Below are positions 10,122 to 21,500 of a DNA stretch of 64,000 nt, in pieces; position 1 is the first letter of the stretch, and every line of letters begins with the position of its first letter. The notes beneath the pieces were generated by a model, which saw only the letters and a list, made by a program, of their open reading frames with translations, made no database searches and was not told the origin of the DNA. The DNA comes from Rebecca billardiae RCC1528 (taxonomy: Eukaryota > Protista > Haptophyta): contig OZ251223.1 of the NCBI GenBank assembly GCA_965240325.2, positions 1,860,001 to 1,924,000 of the forward strand, written 5' to 3'. Both the position numbers and the translations under genes were made by a program.

Positions 10122-10403
10122 AAGATGCGGGTATGATAGACATGGCGGTGCCGCGCGGTGGCAGTAGTGGGAGGCGCTCATCTTCTCTCCCTTCTATGCA
10201 ACCAGATATGCAGAACTCAAATGTGCACATACGAGTTCTACCCACCCATCCACGTCATTTAATACGGGAACGACGGTTCGTCCGATTTGCAGCAGAAAAA
10301 AATCCCCGCCCTTGTTTTCTTCCAAACGCCTTGATCCCAGCGGAGCCCACCGGAACTCCATCGTGCGGAGGCGGCCGCCGCCGCTCAGCCGCTCTGAGAG
10401 GGC

Positions 10404-12777
10404 ATGGCCGCCGTGTGCAACTCCTTCGCGAAGAGCTGGCCGTACGTGCACGCGCAGCTCGTCGCGTCGCGAGATGAGCCGCCGGCGGCGCCCCCGGCGC
10501 CCCCTTTGACCACCACGCCGCCGCTCGACGCGCCGCCGCCCGATCCACCGTCGGAGGTCCAGCAAGTCCTCGACGTCGACGCGTCGCTCCTCGAAGAGCA
10601 AGAGGAGGAGGAGCCGCCGCCGCAGCGCGGCTGGTTCGGGCGCTTCGTTGGCAACGCGGTCTCGGCGACGAAGCACTACGGCGGCCGCGCCGCCGAGCTC
10701 GGCGGCACGGCCGCGCTGACGGTCGGATCTGCCGTGGGCGAGACCGTGCTGACGGTGCGCGACAAGCTGGCGCGCGACGAGATGCACAGCGGCGGCGGTG
10801 CCGCGGGCGCGTCCGCCCCCGAGTCGGCGGAGGCCGCTCCGGGCGCCGACGCCGAGGCCAACCCGCAGATCAAGGGTCTCTTCAACCGCGTCGCGGACGG
10901 CGGGGACCACGCGTCTGCGGCCGAAGTGAGCGAGCGCCTCGGCTGGGTGTGTGCATCGCGCCGCGCGCCGCGGCGGGGAGCGCGCAGCCCTCGCGCGCTC
11001 GCGTCCCGTGCGCCATATAGCACCGCGCGCTCGCGCGTCCCGCACGGCGCGGCGGCGTGCCGACGCTGCCCCCGCGCGGCGCGTGCGCGCGCGAGCAGGG
11101 CGTTCGCGGCCTCGCGCAGCGCTCTGCGCACGTGGTCGGCGCGGTGGCGAGCACGACCAAGCACGTCGCGACCGACCTGCGGCAGAAGGTGGCGGTGACC
11201 GCGCACAACACGCGTGCCCGGCTCGGCGCCGCCGACGGCGTCGAGTCCACCACGCACACCTTCAAGTCGCGCTTCGACAGCCACGGCGGCGCGGCGGCCC
11301 TGGGCAACCTCGAGGCGAGCTCGCTCAAGCAGCTCGAGCACATGCGCGCGCTGCAGGCGGAGCTGCCCGCGGAGCAGCGCGGGGCGGTGGACTCGGCGTT
11401 CATGCTGCTGCACTCGACGCTCGATCTGCCCATGGAGATCGACGGCGAGGTGCGCGCGCGCCGCCGCGCGCGCGCCGCTCGGCTGCGTGGGCGCTGGCAG
11501 CAGCGCTGCCCGGTGCAGCTGCGCGCGCCACCCCCGCGCCCCGCGCCTTACCGCGCGCGCGCCGTGCCGCGCCGCGCCCCTCAGGCCTTCTCCGAGCCCG
11601 CCGACCCGCTGGTTGCGACGTCAGCCGCGGCGAGTGGCGCCGTCAAGGCGCTCGATGAGGCGGCTGAGCGCTACGTCAAGGACCTGGGCACGCTCACCAT
11701 GCACTACTCGCGGCGTGTGCAGACGCTGCAGCAGCAGGCGGTGGCCGCGGCGGCAGAGGCGGAGGCGGACTCGGGGGAGCAGGCCGCGCGCGACGAGACG
11801 GGCGCCGCGCAGCAGGTGCGCCTCGCGGTGTACGCGCGCCGCGCCGTGGTCAACTCCGCGACGGACACGCTGGACAAGTTCTCCGACCTCAGCCTGCACA
11901 GCCTCGGCGAGCTGAGCGCGCTCGGCGCCAAGGCACTGGTCGAGCTCGAGCTCGAGTTTGGGCGCGCGGCGCACGGCCCGGCGCAGGAGGAGGCGGGCGT
12001 GCTCGAGACGCTCGTGCCCGCGCGTGCGGGCGCGGTGAGGTGCGCGGCGCGCGCGCGCGCGCGCGCGCGCCGCCGCCTGCGCTCGCGCCGCGCGCCACTG
12101 CGCCGGGCACGCGCGCGTGCCGTGCGTGCAGCTCGAGATTCATCGCCCTCACGCACGCGTGCGCCGTCCGCGCCGCCGCCCGCGCCGCCGTCCACACCGC
12201 CGGCCGTGCCGCGCGCAGGCTGGTCGCCCACTCGGTCGTCAGCCAGCTGAAGCGCATGCGCGCCGAGTTCGGCGCGGCGGTGGTGCAGGTCTGCACCGAG
12301 GCGAAGGACCTGTGTGCGCACCCGTTCGACGAGGACGACACGGAGTCGGGCCTCGCCCCGCTCGACGCCAAGTCGTCTGAGTTCAGCACCGGCCTCGAGG
12401 TGGACTTGGGTAGCGCCGCTGGGCTGATGCAGGACGGCGTGCAGTACATGCTGCCCATCATCAAGGCGCTCACGCTCGAGGCGATGCAGCCCGCGCCGAT
12501 CGCGCCCAGCGCGGATCCCGTGCCGGCCGAGGCGGCGCTCGCATCCGAACCGCCGCTGCCCGCGCAGCCGGCGCAGCCGGCGCAGCCGGCGCCGCTGGTC
12601 GACGTCCCGCCGCCGCCGAGTGGCGACGCGACGCCCGCCCAGCCGCTGGTGGACATCCCGTCGCCGCCGAGTGGCGACGCGACGCCCGCCCAGCCGCTGG
12701 TGGACATCCCGTCGCCGCCAAGTGGCGACGCGACGCCCGCCCAGCCGTCGCCTCCTGTCACCGAGTCACTCATCTGA
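10404..12777 (+). CDS. FAM114A/DUF719-like protein, join(10404..10925,11099..11449,11585..12039,12219..12777), 628 aa
   Basis: Three GT-AG introns join the ORF fragments in frame. Motifs RFDSHGGAAALGNLEASS, SLHSLGELSALG and LMQDGVQYMLPII resemble FAM114A blocks (recognised from memory). The gene structure is better supported than the family call. Confidence 0.65.
12592..12744 (+). repeat. Coding 51-bp x3 repeat (PLVD[VI]P[PS]PPSGDATPAQ)
   Basis: Three near-identical 17-aa units in the last exon. Confidence 0.9.
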
Positions 12778-15501
12778 ACCTTGCGGGGATGCACACGGTG
12801 CACTATGGCTGTCGCGCCGCGGCGCGGCCGTATGATTCGCTACTTGGCATCATCCTCGCTGCTCACCGCCGGCATGAGGCTGATGGTGATCGGGCCTGCC
12901 TGCACGACGCGACATTCGTCGTATTCGTCTCGTCATCACTCACAGCTGAGGACCAGCGCCCGGATCGCGATTCGGCGCCGCGACCTGCGGTCTGTGCGGA
13001 GTGCGGTCTGCGGAGTGCGGGGCCGCCCCTCGGCCTCGCCGGGCGCCTCGGCGTCCTGCCGGGCCTGCGCAGACAGCGTCGGCCCTGCGCTGTCAGCGCT
13101 GTGCGCTGCCATCAGGGACCATGCAGGGTCGCACTCCGCCAGCGGCCGTACTCGGCGACGCCCCTCGTCCGAGCGACAGACGACGTCAACCGGTGCAGCA
13201 CTGTTTCACAAACTCAAAGCCCGTAGCGGCTGCGGATCAGCGGAGATCCGTCCGCAGTGCTGGCCATAATTCCATCCATAAAGACTGGCCGCTTCGGCGG
13301 CTCTCTGGCATAGCTTGTTCCTGACTGCGCCAGGTCCGAGCCTGGTCGCCTACCGTGAAATCGACGCAAAACAATATATATATATATTCGCGCTTTTGCG
13401 GAAACGCGGGGCCGCGCCGGCGCCGGCGGCCGGCCGCCCGTCAGGCTGGCGTGCACCGCTGGCGAAACGCACTGGGGGCTGACCACTCGGACCTTCGGCC
13501 GTCAGGCAGGAGGTCGTGTACCGCCCGCGCGCCGTGGCCTCGCACGGCGCGGAGAGGCCGATCCAGGGGGCGACAGCCGCTTGGGCGCGGTCGACCTTGA
13601 CGCCCTCGAGGCGCCCACAGCGCCGAACGACCCTGCACGGCTGCCGCGCGCGAGCGCGTTCAAAACGGCCTCCATCGAGGCTCTCTGCCGCGGCCAGTCT
13701 TTATGCTCACTCTCACGTCGACCCATTCTATGATTTAACGACACAGGTAGGACGGCGCAGGTCTCGACCGTGTCGGCGGGTCTTTAATAATATTATAATA
13801 ACGTTTATTATTATAATATGACTCTGAAGGTTCGTCCGAGGCTACACCATCGTCCGCCATGACCAGCCACTGACCAAGTAGGCGAGGACATCATCCACCA
13901 GCTGCTGACCAAGTAGGGGACGGCCTTGCCGACGCCAACATGCTCACTCGCCTTTGATTTGGTACCCGCCATGCATCTCCCCGGTGGGCCTGACGACGTC
14001 GACGACGACAACAACGACGTCCACCATGGCGACCTGAACATCAACGTGCTCACACCACTGCCACTGCTGCAAGCTTCGACCAGTACCACTACAGACGAAT
14101 CAGGAGAGCTGCGCCCTCGTGCCTGTGTCTTTAAATCATAGAATTAGTCTCGGAGCAGCGGACTGATAGAGCAAGCGGAACACTAAATCTGCGCGCGCGT
14201 TGCTATGCCGCGGCCTCGCGCTCTGAATAGTGCGAAACCGCGCGGATTCCCAGCTCAGGCGGACTCTGAACCTGATAGCTCCGAGGATCAGGAAGAGTGA
14301 AGGCTTACTGGCCGGAGGCGAAGAGTGCCAACATGCAGTAAGCCACCCGCGCGCCCTGCACGCGCTCGAGCTCGGCGTCGTCATCTTGCGCAGCTGCCAC
14401 CGCCGCTATCTTGCCGTTCTCAAGCTTCGTTGGTCATGGTGTCGCGCTCGTGCTTCAGATGGCATCATGCGTGGCGCGGCATGGTGCTGGGTCAGGGAAT
14501 GGGCGGCGGGCACTCACTGCGGAAGGGCAAGCACGACAGCGGCGCGCGACCGCATCCGAGACGAGCACGAGCGGATGTGCGGCGAGACTGTGTGATACCA
14601 TCTAGACGACCACTGAGTCGTGCAAGTCCCTGCAGAAGTGGCCGTGCTCGGGGCCGGCCACTGCTGTTACGCTGTGAATCGACCACTCAACCGCTGGCCG
14701 ACTCGGACTGCCGTCACACTACTGACACACTGCGCAGCCGCAAGGGCCCTTGCCGCAGCGATGGTGCGAGTGCTGACCGGATGACCATCTTCAATCTGAA
14801 CGCCCGTGGCCGCGTCTCGCGAGCCAGAACGCTCGCCGGCTTGCCTGCGCCCGCCGGCTCGAGCGCCCCGACAACACCGACGCACCAGCCCGCTCGGGCG
14901 AGCTCCCATCTATCCACTGAAACCGGTTCGTTCTCATGTGATACACAGATCTCGCGGTCAAACGTCCGGTATCTGAGCCGCTCGCCACCACTACTATATT
15001 GTCTGCAGCCTGAACCGTGTAATATTGTGTACGTTGATGAATCAGAGTGAACTGCAGGCTTTATTATATATTATCATAGAATCATGTTCCGCTTGATATC
15101 ATTAGTAGAGGCATAGAGCACAGCACGTTCTGGCTCAGCCTTTCAGTCATTGATGAGCCTGATAAATATGAGCCTCGCGGTCATCGTGCACTCATCGATC
15201 GATTATTTGTAGGTAAATGAGCGTTTGTGGCTGAGTTCGAATATTACAGTTTACTATGATTTAACGTGCACACTTGGTTAAAGGCGTATGTGATGGGTGT
15301 GTGAAAAATACCGCCCCATGAATAATCTAGGGGTAAAGCGAAGTTTCATGACTATGCTGACGTATCCATACGTACCGGTACGCCTCTCAGTGACGAACGC
15401 TTCGCGCAGAGCATCTTCATCAGACTGCGAAGAACCAGCACGCGAGTGTCTTCGTCTCGTCAAGCCCAACACGTCACACGACACCAACGGCGCTCGCTGC
15501 G

Positions 15502-18500
15502 ATGGCGGCGCACGATGTGGTGCACACCGCCTCGCGTCTGCGCGCGACGACCGCGGCTTGCCCGCCTGCGATCCTCGCTCTTCTCTCGCTAGCAAGCGGC
15601 TGGTACTCGTTGCCGTCGCGTGCGGTTGCGTTACCTCCTCCAGATGGCGGCGAGCGCATCTTCGCTCACATCCCCGCCACCGTGCCGGGCTCGTGCGTCG
15701 AGTCACCTGGAGTTGAACGGCCGGCGTGGAACACAACGCCAAGCTCTGTCTGCCCGTCGCCTTACGCCTCACTCTCTTGGCACGGTCACGTCGCGAGCGC
15801 ATCCCCTCATCATCACGCGACGGCCGGTCGCCCGTCGTTGCCGTCATCATCCATCATCATCAACCACGACAAGGTCTGGTGCCCACGGGGGGTGGACCCT
15901 GTGGGCGCTCGGCGTGCCACTGCAGAGGCCCCAGCCGCGGCGCCGCCACCCTCGCAGCCGCCGAGCCCGCCACCATCGCCGCCGCGGAGCCTGCCGCCGA
16001 GCCTGCCGCCCTCCCCGACATCCCCATCGCCGTCGCCCCCGCCAGCGCCGCCACCGGCGCCCCCGCCCTCGCCGCCACCGAGCCCGCCGCCCTCGCCGCC
16101 GCCGCCGAGCCCGCAGCCGTCGCCATCCCCGTCGTCGCCACCATCGCCGCCTCCGCCGAGCCCGCCGCCCTCGCCACCACCCTCGCCGCCACCTTTGCCG
16201 CCGCACAGCCCGCCGCCAAACCCGCCACTGTCGCCGCCACAGAGCCCGCCAACCTCGCCGCCGCCGCCCGTGAGCGTGCCGAGCCCGCCGCCGTCGCCAC
16301 CGCCGTCGCCGACGCCATCGCCGACGCCATCGCCGACGCCGCCCTCGCCCCCGCCCCCGCCGCCGCCAAGCCCACCACCGTCACCACCGCCGAGCCCGCC
16401 GCCAAACCCGCCGCTACCGCCGCGCGCTGCGTCATTCCCGCCGCCATCGCCGCCATCGCCACCGCCGTCGCCGCCGCCGAGCCCACCGCCCTCGCCGCCG
16501 CCGCCCGTGGGTGTGCCGATCCCGCCGCCGTCGCCGCCGCCGTCACCACCGCCCTCGCCGCCGCCGCCCGTGGGTGTGTCGAGCCTGCCGCCGTCGCCGC
16601 CGCCGTCACCACCGCCATCACCGCCGCCCTCGCCGCCGCCGCCGTCGCCACCGCCCTCGCCGCCGCCAAAGCCGCCACCACCGCCGCGCGCTGCGACATT
16701 CCCACCGCCGCCACCGCCGTCGCCACCGCCGTCGCTGCCGCCGAGCCCGCCGCCCTCGCCGCCGCCGCCCGTGGGTGTGCCGAGCCCGCCGCCGTCGCCG
16801 CCGCCGTCACCGCAGCCCTCGCCGCCGCCCTCGCCCCGGCCGCCTCCGTCCCAGCCGCCCTCGCCGCCGCCCTCGCCACAGCCGTCTCTACGGCCGCCGC
16901 CGTCTCTGCGGCCACCGCCGCCGCCACCGTCGACGCCACCGAGCCCACCTCCGAGCTCGCCGCCTTCGCCGCCACCCTCGCCGCCACCGCCGTTGCCGCC
17001 GCCGTCGCCGCTACCAAGCCCGCCGCCGTCACCCCCGCCGCTGCCGCCGCGCGCTGCGCCATTCCCGCCGCCATCGCCGCCATCGCCACCGCCGCCGCCG
17101 AGCCCGCCGCCGAGCCCGCCGCCGAGCCCGCCGCCGAGCCCGCTGCCGAGCCCGCCGCCCATGCCACCACCGCCCGCACCGCCGTCGTCGCCACCCTCAC
17201 CGCCGCCGTCACCGCCGCCGAGCGCGCCGCCGCCGAGCCCGCCGCCAAGCCCTTCGCCTTTGCCGCCGCCGAGCCCACCGCCATCTAGGCAGCCGTCCCC
17301 GCCGCCGTCGCCGCCGCCGACCCCTCCGCCGCCGAGCCCAACGCCATGCACGCCGCCGTCCCCGCCGCCGTCTCCACCGCCGTCGCCGCCACCGTCGCCG
17401 CCGCCCACTCCGCCACCCCCGCTGGTGCCGGTGTTGCCATGCCCACCGCCGCCGTCGCCGCTGCCGAGCCCACCGCTGCCGACCCCGTCACCGAGCCCGC
17501 CGCCGAGCCCACCACCGTCGCCGTCACCGCCACCGTCGCCACCAGCGAGGCTGCCGCCCAGCCGGCCGCCGCCCTCGCCGCCGCTCAGCCCGCCTCCACC
17601 GTCGCCACCGCGCATGTCGCCGCCCAGCCAGCCATCGTCACCGCCGCCTCCGAGGCCGTTCGTCGCGGCCGCACTCGAGCGCGCGCTCTTCGCCGGGGCA
17701 GCAGACGGCGTGCCCGCCGGCGTCCTGGACCTTGGCGGCTTGGCCGTCTGCTCGACGGGCGGCGCAGCGTCCACGTCCACCACACCCTTCATCTCCACCG
17801 TGGGCGCGCGGAATGGTCCAGCTGCCGCGACCGGCGGATCGGCGCACGTCCTCGTGCTCGCAAACAGCAGCAGCCTGCAGGACGGCGCCACGCGCATGAG
17901 CACCTGGCCAATGATCACGACGCTTGGCGCGGGCGGCGGGAGCACGCAGTTTGGCGTCGGGATTGCCAACACGCCCGCTCTCCTCTCGGGCGCGGAATCC
18001 ATCCAGCGCGCCCGCGCTGTCGTCGCCCTCATCGCCGGCACGCCGTACGCAGAAGACGGCGACTCCGCGTGTGTTTGCCTTCTTCTCACCCGCTGGCTTG
18101 GTCGAGCCGGCATCACTGTGCTGGCGCTGATGTTCTGGCGGGGCTCACGGTGCTGGCGCGTGCTGGTGAGCGTGGTCCTCCTCAAATGGCGCTCACCGTC
18201 CTGTCGACCGGTACGTCCAGCCCCTGTCTGTCTGCAGACCTGCGGCGCGGCCGTGCGGCGCCACGGCGCTCGTCGCGCAATCGCGCCCCTTCTCATCCGC
18301 GCGCCAATCCCACCTCACCCTCGCCTCGCCTCGCCGCATCGACACGCGCGCAGGTGCGGCCACAGGCGCGAGCGCCGCCCGGTCGCGGACGCGGCATCAG
18401 CAACGCGCTCGCGGGCGTTCGTGCCATGCCAGTCCTCGCCGCGTGCCTGTTTCTCCTGCCGATCGGCGCCGCCAACCCGAGCCTCGTCCGCGACGACACC

Positions 18501-18507
18501 GTGCTGA
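15502..18507 (+). CDS. Pro/Ser-rich (extensin-like) ORF with degenerate FG-GAP-like end; separate gene, relic or 5' exon of the giant gene
   Basis: 1001-aa ORF, also open in copy 2. It has a weak hydrophobic N-terminus (AILALLSLASGWYSL), ~570 aa of SP-rich sequence and QFGVGIAN..ALIAGTP. A candidate in-frame intron lies at 18211-18353. Confidence 0.5.
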   Translation: MAAHDVVHTASRLRATTAACPPAILALLSLASGWYSLPSRAVALPPPDGGERIFAHIPATVPGSCVESPGVERPAWNTTPSSVCPSPYASLSWHGHVASASPHHHATAGRPSLPSSSIIINHDKVWCPRGVDPVGARRATAEAPAAAPPPSQPPSPPPSPPRSLPPSLPPSPTSPSPSPPPAPPPAPPPSPPPSPPPSPPPPSPQPSPSPSSPPSPPPPSPPPSPPPSPPPLPPHSPPPNPPLSPPQSPPTSPPPPVSVPSPPPSPPPSPTPSPTPSPTPPSPPPPPPPSPPPSPPPSPPPNPPLPPRAASFPPPSPPSPPPSPPPSPPPSPPPPVGVPIPPPSPPPSPPPSPPPPVGVSSLPPSPPPSPPPSPPPSPPPPSPPPSPPPKPPPPPRAATFPPPPPPSPPPSLPPSPPPSPPPPVGVPSPPPSPPPSPQPSPPPSPRPPPSQPPSPPPSPQPSLRPPPSLRPPPPPPSTPPSPPPSSPPSPPPSPPPPLPPPSPLPSPPPSPPPLPPRAAPFPPPSPPSPPPPPSPPPSPPPSPPPSPLPSPPPMPPPPAPPSSPPSPPPSPPPSAPPPSPPPSPSPLPPPSPPPSRQPSPPPSPPPTPPPPSPTPCTPPSPPPSPPPSPPPSPPPTPPPPLVPVLPCPPPPSPLPSPPLPTPSPSPPPSPPPSPSPPPSPPARLPPSRPPPSPPLSPPPPSPPRMSPPSQPSSPPPPRPFVAAALERALFAGAADGVPAGVLDLGGLAVCSTGGAASTSTTPFISTVGARNGPAAATGGSAHVLVLANSSSLQDGATRMSTWPMITTLGAGGGSTQFGVGIANTPALLSGAESIQRARAVVALIAGTPYAEDGDSACVCLLLTRWLGRAGITVLALMFWRGSRCWRVLVSVVLLKWRSPSCRPVRPAPVCLQTCGAAVRRHGARRAIAPLLIRAPIPPHPRLASPHRHARRCGHRRERRPVADAASATRSRAFVPCQSSPRACFSCRSAPPTRASSATTPC

Positions 18508-21500
18508 CTGCTTCGGGAACCGTCGAAATGGGCTTAGGTTCCACATTCCTCGGGGATCTCGACGGCGACAGCGTTTCCGAGGCGCTGCTGTGCGATTGGG
18601 GAGATGCCGCCTACACTGGTGCATGCTACGTGTTCTTCCTCGATGCCGCTGGGGGCGTGGTCGGCTCGCCGCAGAAGATCTCAAAGTCGCAAGGCTGGAC
18701 GGGCGCGCCCCTCTCCACGGGCGGCCATTTCGGCGTGGACGCGCGTGGCCTCGGCGACCTCGATGGCGACGGAGTGCCCGACGCGATCGTCGGCGCCTCG
18801 AACGCCGATGAGGCGTACGTGCTCCTCCTCACCACAGCAGGCACGGTCAAGAGCCACACGCGCATCGCGAGCGGCGCAGGTGGCAAGGCTGCATTCACTG
18901 CCTCGTCCGGCTTCGGCTACGGCATAGGGGCGCTCGGTGATGTGGTGCGTGGGCCACCGCGCGCTCGCCCACGACGCGCTACTCCGGCGATCGCCTCGGA
19001 GCCTCTCGTCACGCGCTGATAGTTCACACCCCTGGTACACGTGCTCCCTGCGCCCGTGCGCAGGACGGCGACGGCGTCATCGACGTACTCGTGAGCGCGC
19101 ACTACGACAGCCAAGTGAATGCTGGCGCTGGGGCCGCATACGTGCTCTTCCTCAACACGGACGGCACGGTCAAGGCGGAGCAGAAGATTTTCGGCTCCGA
19201 CTTGGTCGGGAACGACAGGTTTGGCATGTCGTGCGCGGGCATCGGCGACTGGGACGCGGACGGCACGCCCGACGCCGCCGTGGGCTCGGCTGCTGACGCG
19301 AAGACGGGCGCGGTGTACATGCTGATGCTCAACTCAGACGGCAGCGTCAAGCAGGAGCACAAGCTGAGCGCGAGCAGCGGGGGAGTGACCGGCCTCGTCG
19401 CATCCAGCTACTTTGGCACGGGCGTCGCGTGCACCGGCGGCACCGTGCTCGACCTCAATGGCGACGGTGTCGGCGATCTTCTCGTCGGTGCCATGCATGA
19501 GTCTTCGAGGGCAGGCGCGGTGTACGTGCTGTACATGCAGCCAGACGGCACCGTGCTCAATCAGCACAAGATCAGCACGGCGGACACGCGCGGGCTCAGC
19601 GCGGGTATCCTCTCCGGCTCGCAATTTGGCCCGCGGATGGACGTGGACGACTACAATGGCGACGGCATGGCAGATGTCCTCATCGGCGCACCGGCCGCAA
19701 GTGGTGGTGGGCGAGTGCATCTCGCCACGCTCGTGCTGAACGAGCCAGCTCCGCCTCCGAGCCCGCCGGCGAGCCCACCGCCGCCCTCCCAGCCGCCCTC
19801 ACCACCGCCAACTCCACCGCCCTCGCCGCCGCCCAGCCCACCTCCGTCGCCCCCCCCCAGCCCGCCGCCGCCGAGCCCGCCGCCGCTCCGGCTGTACAGC
19901 ACCTTCCCGGCCGTGCGCGTGCTGGACGGCACTGAGCCTGGCGGCAGCGTGCAGGCTGGAGATGGGTTCGGCGCCAGCGTGGCGTTCATACCGGAGCTGG
20001 CCGCGGCGCAGGCTGGCGGCGGGCCCGTCGACCTGGCGCTCATCATCGGCGCACCTCGCGACGATGACACCGGCACGGACAACGGCGCGATCTACGTGGC
20101 GTACCTCAACGGCACCAGCCTCGTGGATGCGCCCGCGCAGCTGACCAAGGTGACGAGCACCCTGGCGAACGATCCGAGCTTAAATCGCTTCGGCGGTGAC
20201 GCTGTTCTGAGCGTGCCGGCGCTCGTGGGCCCCGGCGCCACGCCGCCAGCGGGCAGCGTGGCGGCCGTCCTAGCCCACTCGCAGGACGGCGTGACATTGG
20301 CTCAGCAAGGCTCGATCACGGTGACGTACTTCCGGGCGGACTTTACTATTGCCGGGCAGCACAAGCTCGAGCACAACACCAACGGCGCGCCGAGCCTCCA
20401 CGCACGCGCATTTTTCGGCAGAGCCATGGCGAACGTCGAGGAGTTGGCGGCTGCGTGTGGCAGCGTGGCGGTGCTCGCAGTCGGCTCCGCAGGCGCGGAG
20501 TGGGAAGGGCGTGTCGGCTCGATCTACATCATGTCGCTGGGGGCCGACGGCAAGGGCGACGGCACCCTGCTTCTGGAGATTGGCGGCAGCGGCGGGCTGA
20601 ACGGTGGGCCGGCGCTTCAGACGGGGGTAGGTACAGCCTCGGTGTTCGGTGCTGCTGTGGCGTCGTTGCCAGGGCTTGCTGCTGCGAGCGGCATCTCTGG
20701 CGCCGTCGCGGCCGTCGCCGTCGGCGACATATCCGATGACACGGGCGGCTCGAACCGCGGCGCGGTGTACATCCTCTTTCTGCGCGTCGATGGCACCGCC
20801 ATTTCTGGCTCGACCGTGCTGCTCGCGCACGGCGCCGATGGTGTGCCCGACCTTGCGGATGAGGACAAATTTGGGCGCACCCTTGCGTGCGTCGGCGACT
20901 TGAACGGCGACGGCGTGCCTGACCTCGCGGTCGGCGCTCCGGGCACAGACACAGCCACCCCTGCTGAGACGGGCACTGGCGCAGTGTACGTGCTGCTTCT
21001 CAACGCCGACGGCACCGCCAAGGGCGGCACCACCAGCATCATCATAGACAACGTTGATGGGGCGCCCAACCTCCCGGCGGGCGCAGGGTTTGGACTGGCT
21101 CTGGCTGCACTCGGTGACGTCGACGGTGATGGCTACGTGGAGCTCGCAGTGGGCGGTGGCATTGCCGGCGGCTCGTCAGCGGTCTACATTGTGCAGCTCA
21201 CGCCGCCGTCGCCGTCTCCTCCACCACCGTCGCCACCGTCGCCACCGCCGAGCCCGCCGCCATCTCCACCGCCCTCGCCGCCGCCCAGCCCGCCACCGCC
21301 GCCCTCACCACCCCCATCTCCACCGCCCTCGCCGCCGCCCAGCCCGCCACCACCCTCACCGCCACCCTCACCGCCACCCTCGCCGCCACCCAGTCCACCG
21401 TCGCCGCCCTCGCCACCACCGTCGCCGCCCTCGCCACCACCGTCGCCACCACCCAGCCCGCCGCTGCCGAGCCCACCACCTTCGCCGCCGCCGAGCCCAC

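Noticed and set aside
12789-14600. Short ORFs between the FAM114A-like gene and the duplication
   Set aside because: No recognisable motifs or consistent splice model. A small gene cannot be excluded.
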